Source: Carpediemonas membranifera BICM
Taxonomy: Eukaryota > Protista > Fornicata
NCBI GenBank assembly: GCA_019828565.1
Contig: JAHDYR010000067.1
Coordinates: 170,723-234,722, forward strand
DNA length: 64,000 nt
Direction of reading: 5' to 3'
The notes under the pieces were generated by a model. It worked only from the letters and a program-made list of their open reading frames with translations. It searched no databases and was not told where the DNA came from. Below are positions 1 to 10,827 of the stretch, piece after piece. Every line of letters begins with the position of its first letter. The stretch's first letter is position 1. The position numbers and the translations under genes are program-made.

Positions 1-84
1 AGCACCAAGGCGCACACAACCCTTCAATGACCCATGTAGGTTGGGTGGGTCTTATGTCAGGCTGTTTCTTTTCAATCATTTCAA

Positions 85-874
85 TCATATCCTGCACAGA
101 CTTCGTTGATGAAGAAGTTCTGCTATGACGAAGCCGGCTTGTCGCGACGAGAACTGGGCCATAGAACTGAAATCGGCATCCGAATATCGCGGCACGCATG
201 GGTATTTACCCCCAGAAATGTTCAAAGTGTGTTCGTGTTCGGTCATTCCGCCGTCAACGAGCGCCATACGAGACCTCCAAGCATACGCGCATGACTGCAT
301 CGGCTCTTCCCGCCTGTTCTTCATGTCGTCACACCTGCCTCCGACATTTACTCGTGCGGTGTAGTCATTGCTCTTTTACGGTCTCCCCAAGTCCCCCTTT
401 GCCGCGAAGGTGACTGACATGGCGCAGATCGACAACAAGAAGAAGAATAAGATGCTGAAGCTTGGTAGCTTGCTGAACTGGTGCCACTTCTATGGTGGGC
501 AGTTGCAGTTGTCACGTAAGACACTCGAACCGCTCAGAGATTGTCTCAACTTCGTGAACGTGAACTCTGCACTACCGATTCGCGGCACAACGCCACCCAC
601 TTGCCTCGGAATGTACGACCTGGCAATGCAGATGCTCCACTTCGACCCAACGAAGCGTCCCACTGCTGCCGAATGTCTTGACAAGCTCAAGGTCATCATG
701 CGCGTGCATGAATGCGTCGCCAAGCCGAGTCCGCTTCTGTTAGATGACACTGAACAGGTCTTACTCTCTGTAGATCAGCGAAAGAGAATGGTCGACTGCT
801 GCCAACTGGGGTCCTGGAGGAAAAGTTTAGAGATGCGATTCGAAAGGGTCGTAGCATTGAACTCGAAACCATGA
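85..874 (+). pseudogene. Ser/Thr protein kinase C-lobe, frameshifted
   Basis: Kinase motifs lie in three different frames: GTHGYLPPE (subdomain VIII, ORF 125-364), SDIYSCGVV (IX, about 340-370) and MLHFDPTKRPTAAECL (XI, ORF 368-874). Confidence 0.7.
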
Positions 875-973
875 GTCCTAAGAACACCGGCGCATGCCCA
901 ACACTCACCCCGGTGGGCTCTGGCCGTGGTTTGAACATATACCGACACATAACTGGGTAAATACGTAAATGTT

Positions 974-1297
974 GTGCGAAAATTGCGTCTTGTTCTGCAC
1001 AGAGCGATGACGAAACTAAAACGGAACAAGAAGAGGCCTGAAGATTTAACTGCCCGGCGGTGCAGGTTCGTCAAGTGGCCGGAGATGCCGCTTCCAGTAA
1101 GGTGTATGCCGTACAGCTCGCCGTATCCATCTCCGTGCCCGTCTCCATCCCCCACTCCGCCTTCAACGCCAGCCCCCGCCACGCCTGTTGTAAGTCCGCC
1201 TCCATCTCCTGTCCGCAGTTCACCACCGAGTCTCGAAATCGAATCACCTCACTACCATGATTCCCCGCAATACCATGATGTATGTGATGACCATTAA
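974..1297 (+). CDS. Small basic, Pro-rich hypothetical protein
   Basis: 107-aa ORF with a PSPSPTPP tract; no recognisable domain. Confidence 0.3.
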   Translation: MRKLRLVLHRAMTKLKRNKKRPEDLTARRCRFVKWPEMPLPVRCMPYSSPYPSPCPSPSPTPPSTPAPATPVVSPPPSPVRSSPPSLEIESPHYHDSPQYHDVCDDH

Positions 1298-1336
1298 ACG
1301 ATCTCCTTCTATACAATGACTTCTGAAGCCGTCCGA

Positions 1337-1658
1337 CCAACGGCACAGAACGGTTTATAGCATGCATATGATCCATTCTGGTGCCTTTATCCTCTATAAC
1401 CAACATCAGTCCATCAAAATGAATCTTGCAACAGAATACTCATCCACACGCATCGAGAACGAAAAAGAAGCATATAACCAACATCAACAACCTAATAGAA
1501 GGCTGCATGCAAGCGTAGAGCTCTCCTAGTCGATTCTTCAATTTATCAAGCATCAATCTCCACGTCAGGATGAAACTGTGCGCCCAAAAGCTCAGAGATG
1601 CCGTTATAGATGATATAACGACGTCTCTGAGCTTTTCAGCGATGTCAGTTTCTGGCCA
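1337..1658. repeat. 322-bp non-coding repeat, copy 1 (copy 2 at 37148-37470)
   Basis: Near-identical from CCAACGGCACAGAAC to TCTGGCCA; contains a hairpin at 1586-1636. Confidence 0.95.
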
Positions 1659-2187
1659 CGTCCAAGTTCGGCTCTGCGAAAATAACAGTGCATTGCACTA
1701 TAAGTCATACATTTGGAATACAGCAATGCACTGTTATTTTCGCCAAAACCACGCTGACCTACCATTGTCCATGGGCTTGACGGGGGTGATCTTCTCGGCT
1801 TGGATTTGGCTGAAACTTGGTATATGTGTAGTATTTGATATGTTAGGACGGATCCAAGATTTTTACATATCGTTCGAGTCTATTTACCGAGATATACGTA
1901 AAGCAAAATTAGGGTTGAGTCTATTCTGGCTGAAAAGCGGTATGGTGGGTTCTCTGACTGTCTGAACACGGCTCCAGAAGTTTTACGTGATGAATTGGCA
2001 TATTTATATTGCTTTGCGTAAACAGAAAATTTTGACAGTACCTACAATCAACTACCTGCATATACATGCTATAAACATGCTTAAAATGCCTTCAGTCGTA
2101 CGTGCTATATACTAAAGCTCTTCCTGCATCTTATTTCGAAAGAACAAAATATTCACTCTGAAAATAACACTGCATTGCTGTGAAATT

Positions 2188-3813
2188 TTGGAAAAGATGC
2201 TAGATATCACTATTCTACGCAGCTGGATTCGTGAGCATCATGAGAAGACCGTTAGGATTGCTTCTGCTGCACCTGGTCAAGAGCGTAAGGCTATTCGAGC
2301 AGATAAGAGTATGTTCGAGAGATGGTTCGCACTCCGGACGAATAAGAGCCGCTTGGAGCACCTCAAGGAGCACAAAGTGATAACGAAGACAGCCCTGAGA
2401 TGCGCGCTGGTCGATAACATCGTCATTGACGAGATTCGTGATGTGTTTGGTCTCGCTGGCCGAGTTTCACTAATGGATCTCATCAACAAGGCTTCCCTTC
2501 CCGAGCTCATGGCCATTAGTGACGACCTTGCCCGGCCCGAGCTGTCTAAGGTTCCTGCAGGCTTGTTTATGGAGGATGATCAGGTTGAAATCGTGCGGAA
2601 GCAGTTTTTTGACCACTACACCGGATCAGCGATCACCTTTGAGGATAACCGCGAGGCTGTCATGCCGTCACATCGTGGCTCTATTCATCTAGAAGGAACA
2701 GGCCGTCTCTTTCTTCCAGATCAAGTCAACCTGATCCTTCGCGCTCTCTTCGTCGCCCCTGAGGGCACTGTCGAGGCCCGCCGCGTGCATTCCCCCTACG
2801 AGGACATTCTTTCTGGTTGCAAGAATGATCCGGGAAGCGATGTGACATCAGCCCAGCTTGAGCGGTTGCGTCGAGATGTTGCCAAGGCAGCCGCCGAAGC
2901 TATTCAGGCAAGGAATGACCGCGAGGAAGCCATACACTCGCTTGAACTCGTTACTGCATCCTATGCGCAAGATACAGGGCATGCATATGTGACACCACCC
3001 GCCAGCGACGCCGTGGAATTTTCCGACACTGACGAGGACGAGTCCGATGGCCACGCTGAACCGGCCGCCATGCAGGGTGACGGCGTTCCTTTGCCCCAGA
3101 CTGATCAAGACGTCGAAGTAGAGTCCGATGTGGACGACACAGACACCGTTGGTCTCCAGACGGTTTACGATGTTGATGCAGAGGCCGATCATGACGTCCG
3201 CGAGCCAGTGTCCCTGCTTAATCACAGCTTAGCACAGCTAGACGACACCATTGCAGGCCTTGATGATGTACCCGAGTCTGTGCGCTTGTTGGAGCAGTAC
3301 GAGCCCTTGATGAAACGGCTTGCTGAGGAGAGGGAGGCGAGGGAGGCGCTTGAACAGGCTAACAGAGATTCTGAGGAGTCCCAGAAGAGACTAGAAGCTG
3401 AGTTAGGTCAGCAGAAGGGCGAGGATCAGGCGATCCATCAGTTTACTCAAGCAGAGTTGGCACGCGCGAGTGAGGCTGGGCTTGAAGCACTCGCCGATGA
3501 ACTCGAAGACAACTGGGCGGAGCTTATCAGGCGCGCCGAGGAGGCAACAATCGAGCTTGACCGCTACGTTGCTCTCGCTGCCTTGATGGAACTGTTCCAG
3601 AGGAACAATGTGGCTGGAGCTTTGTGGACTCGGATCAATAGCACCATGATGAGGTACGGGGGCCAGAAGTTCATAACGGTCCCACCCCTAGACCTCGGTC
3701 TTACGCCTGAGATGAAGGCTATCATCGCACAGCACTCTCGAGAGAAGAAGACAAAAGCTCGTGTAACACAGGGAGAGAAGCTGGAGTTTCCCCTGGAAGG
3801 GCGTTCATGCTAG
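2188..3813 (+). CDS. Acidic coiled-coil protein, paralog of the OTU-domain gene at 37752-39928 but without the OTU domain
   Basis: 541-aa ORF; about 3016-3738 is nearly identical to 38594-39248; the N-termini are diverged homologs (KSRLEHLKEHKVI vs KSRITWLQDHGIV). Confidence 0.8.
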   Translation: MEKMLDITILRSWIREHHEKTVRIASAAPGQERKAIRADKSMFERWFALRTNKSRLEHLKEHKVITKTALRCALVDNIVIDEIRDVFGLAGRVSLMDLINKASLPELMAISDDLARPELSKVPAGLFMEDDQVEIVRKQFFDHYTGSAITFEDNREAVMPSHRGSIHLEGTGRLFLPDQVNLILRALFVAPEGTVEARRVHSPYEDILSGCKNDPGSDVTSAQLERLRRDVAKAAAEAIQARNDREEAIHSLELVTASYAQDTGHAYVTPPASDAVEFSDTDEDESDGHAEPAAMQGDGVPLPQTDQDVEVESDVDDTDTVGLQTVYDVDAEADHDVREPVSLLNHSLAQLDDTIAGLDDVPESVRLLEQYEPLMKRLAEEREAREALEQANRDSEESQKRLEAELGQQKGEDQAIHQFTQAELARASEAGLEALADELEDNWAELIRRAEEATIELDRYVALAALMELFQRNNVAGALWTRINSTMMRYGGQKFITVPPLDLGLTPEMKAIIAQHSREKKTKARVTQGEKLEFPLEGRSC

Positions 3814-3881
3814 TGGAGCAGTTGAAGTAAATGGGCACGGCGACAGGGCGGAACAAGCAACCGCGAAATAGAGATATCAGG

Positions 3882-4259
3882 TCATCCCTGACATTGTATG
3901 GCGAGAACTGTTCTCAGTCTCCGCTTTGGGAGCTCTAAGATCAGTCTGAGATGAGTTACAGATGTCCACACGGTATTCGTCAAACTGAGCACTTCTCCAA
4001 ATGAAATGTACTCGTGCTGCTTTAATGAGTCTTTGTTGTAGTCATAAACATAAGCAGCACCAATTGCCTTCATTTTGCCTGTTTCTGCCATTATTGATCT
4101 GCATATTGATTCCAAGCGACTATCTAAACAAAAGCGGCTTTGAATTTCTTCAACAATGCCAATTCCGCGCATAATGTCCGATGAAATGCTGACCACTTGT
4201 GATGCAGCTCCCTCAGGCGTTTCTAGATGTGGTTTCATTGGTTTCATTCTCAGTGACAC
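3882..4259 (-). CDS. Small helical hypothetical protein, divergent from the PHD gene
   Basis: 125-aa ORF; same position relative to the PHD gene as ORF 43244-43471. Confidence 0.35.
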   Translation of the reverse strand: MSLRMKPMKPHLETPEGAASQVVSISSDIMRGIGIVEEIQSRFCLDSRLESICRSIMAETGKMKAIGAAYVYDYNKDSLKQHEYISFGEVLSLTNTVWTSVTHLRLILELPKRRLRTVLAIQCQG

Positions 4260-4300
4260 CCTTTACATAATTCATTTACGTTATAAACATATCGAACGAA

Positions 4301-5530
4301 ATGAAGCAAGTGCCGAAAAAGAAGTCTCCTGGAACCTATCGCGCGTTCACTGGTCATGATCTTACTACAAATCTTTCAAAGATCACTTTTCGGGCCATGT
4401 TGACATGCTTCTTTGTCATTGTCGATGATATCGACGTAGACAGTGGCCTCTCACTGGGAATGCCCAAAGACTCCGTGTTATCGGCCTATAACACTGTCGT
4501 GTCGAACTTGCTTGTCCCTGTGTACGGTGGTTTTGTTGCTTTGAAGAAGAAGAACTTCAACGAGAAGGGGTTGCTAGACTGGGCGAGAGATTTGGGTTAT
4601 AAGCTCGGTTACACCAAGACTAAGCCGATCATCTACCACCAGTTGACGCCGAAAGAGAAGCCTAGCGCCAAGGATCTGTCAGTTTTCATGAAGGAGATGG
4701 CGAATGTCCTCAGACTAGCCAACGCCCCTGATATGGACATCGAGAACCTGAAGAAGATGAAGTTCATCTTCCCGACAGGTCTACTTCTTGATGCCAGGCA
4801 AAGATATCACAAGCAAAGCGTGCAGACCAAAAGGCTGAGGGGAGATGAACCCAGCTTTCCTGCGTCTCCAATCAAATCTGAGTCACTGCTCAACGATAAC
4901 AGCCTTCTTGGATCCATTAAGACTGAAAGAGATGCGAAGACTCCCGCTCGTGACTCTTCTCTGACAAATCCTTCGGTCCAACACCAAATGATCCAGGATC
5001 TTCACCAATACGTTGTTGGTGAACGAAAGTTCGATATGGCACATCAGCAAGAGCTGAAGCGTCCTACTGCTGATGACAGTGATGACAGTGATGTCAGCAT
5101 TGCTGAGAAGACAGGTCCGCTGATTTCTTTCGATATGTTTATGCGTCAACTAGCATTTTGCTGCGGGCATTGCACTTCCCCGGATTGGTTGGGCAATCCG
5201 GAGAACGAAACTGACTTCGCCCAGTGCGGATCATGCAACCGCTACTACCATGGGAGGTGCGTGAGGTGGCTCAGCAATGGGAAGAAGGCCATTACCAATT
5301 TCACGTGTCCGGATTGTGCTGCTGCTTCTGAATGCACCCGCTGCAAGGCTAAGATCAAATCGTCAAAGGGAAGGGACTCTTTCTTCTGCAACATGTGCAA
5401 ATCTTGGTATTGCAAGCCATGCGGTGTGGCCATGTGGGAGACCTCGATTGATGGAACCGTTGCCAGGTTCTTATTTTGCCAGGTCTGCAAGGAAAGCCTC
5501 CTGGCACTGAATCCGAGTCTGGCATTGTGA
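4301..5530 (+). CDS. PHD finger plus a second Cys-rich Zn finger protein
   Basis: C4HC3 pattern CGHC..CGSC..H..C..CPDC, followed by CTRC..CNMC..CKPC..CQVC. Confidence 0.85.
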   Translation: MKQVPKKKSPGTYRAFTGHDLTTNLSKITFRAMLTCFFVIVDDIDVDSGLSLGMPKDSVLSAYNTVVSNLLVPVYGGFVALKKKNFNEKGLLDWARDLGYKLGYTKTKPIIYHQLTPKEKPSAKDLSVFMKEMANVLRLANAPDMDIENLKKMKFIFPTGLLLDARQRYHKQSVQTKRLRGDEPSFPASPIKSESLLNDNSLLGSIKTERDAKTPARDSSLTNPSVQHQMIQDLHQYVVGERKFDMAHQQELKRPTADDSDDSDVSIAEKTGPLISFDMFMRQLAFCCGHCTSPDWLGNPENETDFAQCGSCNRYYHGRCVRWLSNGKKAITNFTCPDCAAASECTRCKAKIKSSKGRDSFFCNMCKSWYCKPCGVAMWETSIDGTVARFLFCQVCKESLLALNPSLAL

Positions 5531-5742
5531 GAGTAAAGGAAGGAAGAAGCGATCCAGCCTTTATGTAATTTAATCACTTGCGGCTTATCTACATACAGCG
5601 GCCGGCCGGGGTTAGCCACTCACTGGGGTCAACATCATCCCACGGCAGCAAATTCGCTGCAGTAGATTGACTGTCGTCCCCGCTGGGGAAGGTGGGGAAG
5701 GTGTGGAGACGTTTCTATTACGCGTTTATTGGGCAATGTGGG

Positions 5743-7422
5743 TCAAACAACAATTTCTGCTGGTATTGGTTTCTCATACAACGGCATCCATGGAAGAGTT
5801 GGTGTCCACCGCAGAATATTGTTGTACGCGTACCACCGTTTGTTGAGTGGGTTGAACAGCCAGTAAGTGCTGGGGGACTTATCCATCAGTGTCACTGCAT
5901 ATTTTGATGCCTCAAAGCGCGCAATAGCAGGAAACCCATGCGATTGTCTCGAAACCACAGTTTGTCTGCTCCCGCCGTCTACTCGCACATAGATAAGGAC
6001 GTTGTTGGGCAATAGCACAAACTTGGAAAGTGGGTACAACCTATACACCTCATGTTCGCTGCAAGGAATCGGGTTTGGGTCCAAAAATAGAGATCGGACA
6101 ATGTTGGGGATGAGTCGGGATCTACCGATGAGATAGCAATCATTGCCAGATCTAACGATCATAAACCTAGACTGTGCAACAAAGATGATTGCGTCGATCC
6201 AGACAGGTGTCCTCCTGAACCCCGGATGGGCGACATCCGTCATGTCATCAGCGGGAATATGACCAGTGGTATTACCGGTGAAGAACTGGGCTGGGACTAT
6301 ATTCTTTGTCTTGGATGCCCGGACCGTTCCGGACAAGATAACAAGTCCAGGCACGGCCCTGATCCCTCCAAGATTGACGGGAAGTTTCACCTTAGCAAAC
6401 GAAGAGAATCGGTGAGTGAGGGCCACATCGTGTCCAAACCAAGCCATCATATTAACGCCATACTCCTGAGAAGGCGCTGTAACGAGCACCCCGTGCATTG
6501 TGTGCAACATGATGTAAGTGTTGCAGTGGCAGTCAAGAACAAATCGATGCCTGCACCACAGATGCATCTTGGCAAGCTTCTCAGCTATGGCTGCGGGGAA
6601 AACCGCCTGATGGACAGATGTAACACGAGCGAACCACAAGTTGCCAATGTAGAACGCCTTGCTGGTTGAGAAGAAGAAACACTTGCCATCAGACCAGAAC
6701 CGCATGATCCGGTGACGGAATGAACGATGATTGTCGTGGAAGACAAACCCACAATAATGCACGAGCTCTGATGCATCATAGCTCTTGATGACAGTCCGAT
6801 CTCTCTTAGCAACACTATGTGAAAACATGAACTTCCTGCACATGAACCAGAGAGCGCTCGAGTCACCATCGGTCACCGTCCTCAGTATGGCCCACAACGT
6901 CCCTTGTATAAGCGTGTGAAGACGGTCGGGCAGCGATTCGCCTTCGCGAAGCTGAACATCCATGCTTAGCTGTGGATGGCTTCGCAGTTTGATGACGCGA
7001 GAGAGAATCCGGGCAACCTGCGATGCCTGATCCGAATTCTCAAGCTCTTGCGCGTGAAGACAAGCAAGCTGAAGCATGTCATCAAACGTCTCCAGGTCTT
7101 GAAAGATGTGATAGAAATGCGAACGCGCAGGGAACATAAAGAAGACCCTTGTGGCTTGTTCTAAATAGCCCGGCAGGTTGTTGGGCAAAGTTTTGCACAG
7201 GACACAAGAGTTCCAGTAAAGGTCACAAACACTGAGCGACAATTGTCTGTGATTAGAATCAGTCATGTTCCCCCTATAGCTGTTCTTAAACTGCACTGCC
7301 AAAATGAGGTGGAGAAAATGGCATCGACATTTTTTACGTAGGACCAATATAAACAGCGAAAAAACGTAAAGGAAACAAAACTGGGAGGACATGCATATCT
7401 CCACACAAGCTACTTTGGTCAT
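5743..7422 (-). CDS. Hypothetical protein (likely start MTDSNH near 7266)
   Basis: ORF longer than 500 aa; no domain recognised. Confidence 0.55.
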   Translation of the reverse strand: MTKVACVEICMSSQFCFLYVFSLFILVLRKKCRCHFLHLILAVQFKNSYRGNMTDSNHRQLSLSVCDLYWNSCVLCKTLPNNLPGYLEQATRVFFMFPARSHFYHIFQDLETFDDMLQLACLHAQELENSDQASQVARILSRVIKLRSHPQLSMDVQLREGESLPDRLHTLIQGTLWAILRTVTDGDSSALWFMCRKFMFSHSVAKRDRTVIKSYDASELVHYCGFVFHDNHRSFRHRIMRFWSDGKCFFFSTSKAFYIGNLWFARVTSVHQAVFPAAIAEKLAKMHLWCRHRFVLDCHCNTYIMLHTMHGVLVTAPSQEYGVNMMAWFGHDVALTHRFSSFAKVKLPVNLGGIRAVPGLVILSGTVRASKTKNIVPAQFFTGNTTGHIPADDMTDVAHPGFRRTPVWIDAIIFVAQSRFMIVRSGNDCYLIGRSRLIPNIVRSLFLDPNPIPCSEHEVYRLYPLSKFVLLPNNVLIYVRVDGGSRQTVVSRQSHGFPAIARFEASKYAVTLMDKSPSTYWLFNPLNKRWYAYNNILRWTPTLPWMPLYEKPIPAEIVV

Positions 7423-9958
7423 CTGGAGAATGACACCTTACGGTAACATTCTAGCACCATCAAGCGTTTCCGCCGTCAATGTCATTCTAGCAAACGTTTA
7501 CACCTCGATCCAAGGACACCACGCTAATGGCATGGATCGACGGTTCCGTCAATGCGATAAGGATTCGCGTTCGTTGTTCAAGGCTGTCTTGCTATCTCTA
7601 ACTGATGGTGATATTGACAAGAGCATTCTTGATCCTGTCTTTGTTTCCTTGCTTGATGGTAATACGGATCGTTTTCGACGTAACATATGTGCTACTGTCA
7701 GAGAGTACACACCAACATGGTCCCATGCCTTCTCACCTGCGTCGGACGAGAGAGATAGCTTGTGCGAGGACAACCACCTGCTACTCGAGAAGATTGAGAA
7801 CACCGAGCATGCATTTCAGTTCGCAATGGCGCTCAAGCGGATCACTGAAGGTGTCAATGTCGTTGATGATGAGGTTACTGTCTTTAACGCGATCGCCAAA
7901 AGGCTGGGTATCCAGACCATGAAGTTTGATGTCTCACATTATGCTCTCAAAGACCTTGGGTGTGATATTAGGAACGTGTTCGGAGTGAAAGAAGCCATGA
8001 AAGATCACGAGGCAGATTTTTTCGAGAGTCTTGTACCAGACGAGATACACTGTTCGCACAACACGTTTCGTTATGATCAAAACAACCAGAAGTTCCCTCT
8101 CGAACATACGACACGTTTCCCAATTGCAGCTGACGCAATAGGCTCCTTGCCGGTTCCGGTCAACAACTACTTACATGATGGAACGCACATTACTATCTTC
8201 TTCAACAGCGAAGATGAACGAGATCAATGTGTCTCCATGCTTTCCCACCTCAACCCCACCAAGTTGAAAAGCGATCGGTGGGCCTTTGTCAAGTCGGTTA
8301 AGTATAACATTTCCAGCCGTATTGCACGAGGCATTCAGTCACCACAGTATCTCGAGACAGCCAGAGATATTTGGTATGATACAACGACACATGTTAGCAG
8401 AGAAGCGCGTGTTGAAGCTAGCTACATTCCAGTTGACATTCTCATCTGGTTTGATGCATGGCGAGGGACTACGACCGCTGTCAAATTCAGGCTGATTGAC
8501 ATGACAGGAGAGGTCTTTCCGCAGAGAGTGACATCACCATTCAGACTGCTTGAGTACCAGGGAAAGGAGGATCTTTTGCCAACATACTTTGAGTATATTC
8601 AGTCTAACGTGGAAGAGGCAATCCAGAAGTCATTCCAAGTGCGAGAAACTGGAAGGTGGGCAAGAATCAACAGAGTATTGCTGATTGGTGACCACCCTGC
8701 CATGTCGACAGTTGTGGGCTCGCTGCAAGGAGGGCATTATCCATCGCCTTTCCAATCGAATAGTAAGCGAAACATGGGTTGGATGCCGTTTGGCGCCACG
8801 TTCCGGACCACACTTCAGCACGTCCTCCAAGCCAAAGAAGGTAGTATTGCTGAATCTACATCGGGTATTCCAGATCCTGCCGCGCACTGGGGCAGCTTTC
8901 TCCTGGCGACTGACCGAAGGCGTTCGTTGGAATACAGAAGAAGAAGGTTACGTCAAACTCTCTTTGAGGGATCGTCGATTGCTCCTGACAGTGTGTTTCT
9001 TATCCCCCCAATCATGCACTGTTGCCATCATTTCATGGGTCAGGTGGCCCTAATGGCGGGAATGTTCAAACCGCGGAATGACGGCTCACGAGAAGAGAAC
9101 GCTCAGTGGGGACGTTATCTGCAATCTATCCAAGATTTCAAACCGCCAGATCGTACAACTGGGTGTAATGAGCATATGTTAGGCCGCAGGTTGATGGCCA
9201 ACATGGCAACGACGTACTATCATGCGTTTCCTGTCTCTGTTCAGTCCATCTTCAGACTAATGGGATATCTTTTCTCCCATTATTACTCAACTGCGACAGT
9301 GACGGAAGATATCGTGTGGTGGCATCGAGTTGCTGCACTGTTGGTCCACTTACTCCATGTAAGCCTCTCCTTGGTCACTGATAAGCCCATCCCGGTTCCC
9401 ACACCATCCGAGGCAAAATCAATGCGGCCATTCACTCAGACGCTATATAGCAATGCAATTGTCGCAACCATTCCCGAGATACAAGCCGCAACAATGCTTC
9501 CTTTTGGTGTCATCATTGAGGAGTACTTCGAGAGAGACTTCATTGGCAACCAGGATGCTCGTGTACATTTGAGGAGGAACACAGTTCTGCAGCAAGTTAT
9601 TCTGAGAGAACAAGCGGAGATGTTCTATCGGTTCCTGCGCGGTCCTGTATCTTATGGTCGACGTGAGGGCCACGTACCACTTCTTTCCCCTCTGATCAGC
9701 CTCCGAGTACACAAATGTTGCAAAGATCACGCTCAATGGATTCGTATTCAACAGGATATGACAGAAACGTTGCCAAAGTCTGATGTCAACGATCTGAATA
9801 GAAAATTCGAGCAGAACGTCGCTCATTTGTGGGAAAGCATGCTGAGACGAGCGCGAAAGTCATGGAACAATGAAGACTGGCTGTTTATCAAGGTTCGGGA
9901 TGATCGTGAGAACGGTGTTCGTCTTGACGTGTGTCTATGCAGAGAAGGCTGTCCATAA
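7391..9958 (+). CDS. Putative large DDE transposase (RAG1/Transib/CMC-like RNase H core)
   Basis: 855-aa ORF with ordered motifs ILIWFDAW, LLIGDHPA..G..QGGHYP, PPIMH and EEYFERDF; assigned by motif resemblance only. Confidence 0.5.
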   Translation: MHISTQATLVIWRMTPYGNILAPSSVSAVNVILANVYTSIQGHHANGMDRRFRQCDKDSRSLFKAVLLSLTDGDIDKSILDPVFVSLLDGNTDRFRRNICATVREYTPTWSHAFSPASDERDSLCEDNHLLLEKIENTEHAFQFAMALKRITEGVNVVDDEVTVFNAIAKRLGIQTMKFDVSHYALKDLGCDIRNVFGVKEAMKDHEADFFESLVPDEIHCSHNTFRYDQNNQKFPLEHTTRFPIAADAIGSLPVPVNNYLHDGTHITIFFNSEDERDQCVSMLSHLNPTKLKSDRWAFVKSVKYNISSRIARGIQSPQYLETARDIWYDTTTHVSREARVEASYIPVDILIWFDAWRGTTTAVKFRLIDMTGEVFPQRVTSPFRLLEYQGKEDLLPTYFEYIQSNVEEAIQKSFQVRETGRWARINRVLLIGDHPAMSTVVGSLQGGHYPSPFQSNSKRNMGWMPFGATFRTTLQHVLQAKEGSIAESTSGIPDPAAHWGSFLLATDRRRSLEYRRRRLRQTLFEGSSIAPDSVFLIPPIMHCCHHFMGQVALMAGMFKPRNDGSREENAQWGRYLQSIQDFKPPDRTTGCNEHMLGRRLMANMATTYYHAFPVSVQSIFRLMGYLFSHYYSTATVTEDIVWWHRVAALLVHLLHVSLSLVTDKPIPVPTPSEAKSMRPFTQTLYSNAIVATIPEIQAATMLPFGVIIEEYFERDFIGNQDARVHLRRNTVLQQVILREQAEMFYRFLRGPVSYGRREGHVPLLSPLISLRVHKCCKDHAQWIRIQQDMTETLPKSDVNDLNRKFEQNVAHLWESMLRRARKSWNNEDWLFIKVRDDRENGVRLDVCLCREGCP

Positions 9959-10549
9959 ATCGTAGTTGTATTTAGCGGGGGAGACAATAATCAACCACAC
10001 GCCCGACCAAGCAGGAAAGTGACGCCCCTGGGATTGACGGGGGGAAACCCCGCATATTCCGGCAGCAAAACTTCGCTGAAACGGAACCACATAATTACTT
10101 GACTGATTTTGGATCTTAGAGAAGACTTGACGCGCATAAACTCAGGTTGATCGTCAAGATCTCCGAAAGGAACGCAACTGCTGCCTAAATCACCTTTTAT
10201 CATTATTAGTCGGTTCAGCTTTTTTCTCGCAAGTCCGTCATCATTTCGTGACATAATCCGCGGGATCCGTAGCGAACGATGACTCCTCGGAAAAAAACAC
10301 ATAGTTGTGCTCTACACTTGACCTACATTCCAAATATTCACTTTGTTCTTTCCAACGGCTCAGTTTTGTCATGCGTTGACCGACCAAGAATGTGAGCGTA
10401 CACTGACACTATTGGTTGCATGATGTGAAACATCGTGTATTGCGTACATGAACAAAGTTTTAAGCTGTTATGACTCGTATTCGTTGAGATATGGCTGTTT
10501 GTTCATACGCCTAAAAATGCACACATGGTCAAATCTGTCGAAACAAAAA

Positions 10550-10684
10550 AGAATTGGGAATATCTCGGGAATGACACGTTGCCGTTTTTCAAAAATCGGG
10601 CAAGCCCAACGAATGATAGTATGGGATCGCCTGCATCATTTGCAAAAAACGGCAACGTGTCAATCTCTAGATATCGCCAATTCT
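10550..10684. repeat. Long imperfect inverted repeat
   Basis: Perfect 18-bp core TGACACGTTGCCGTTTTT at 10572-10589 and 10645-10662, extending outward with mismatches. Confidence 0.85.
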
Positions 10685-10827
10685 GCATAAAAACTTTTTT
10701 TTGCAAGGCATAGAACTCTACACTGTGAGCACTAGTGTATTAGTGCTTGCAGAAGCGGTTACTTGAGTCGATGAAGTATACGCACATGACATAATTAATT
10801 AAAACAGTTTAATATTGAGTGAGCCAC

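Noticed and set aside
1570-1965. 131-aa ORF
   Set aside because: Starts in the non-coding repeat, runs through AT-rich sequence, and is not conserved at the second repeat copy.
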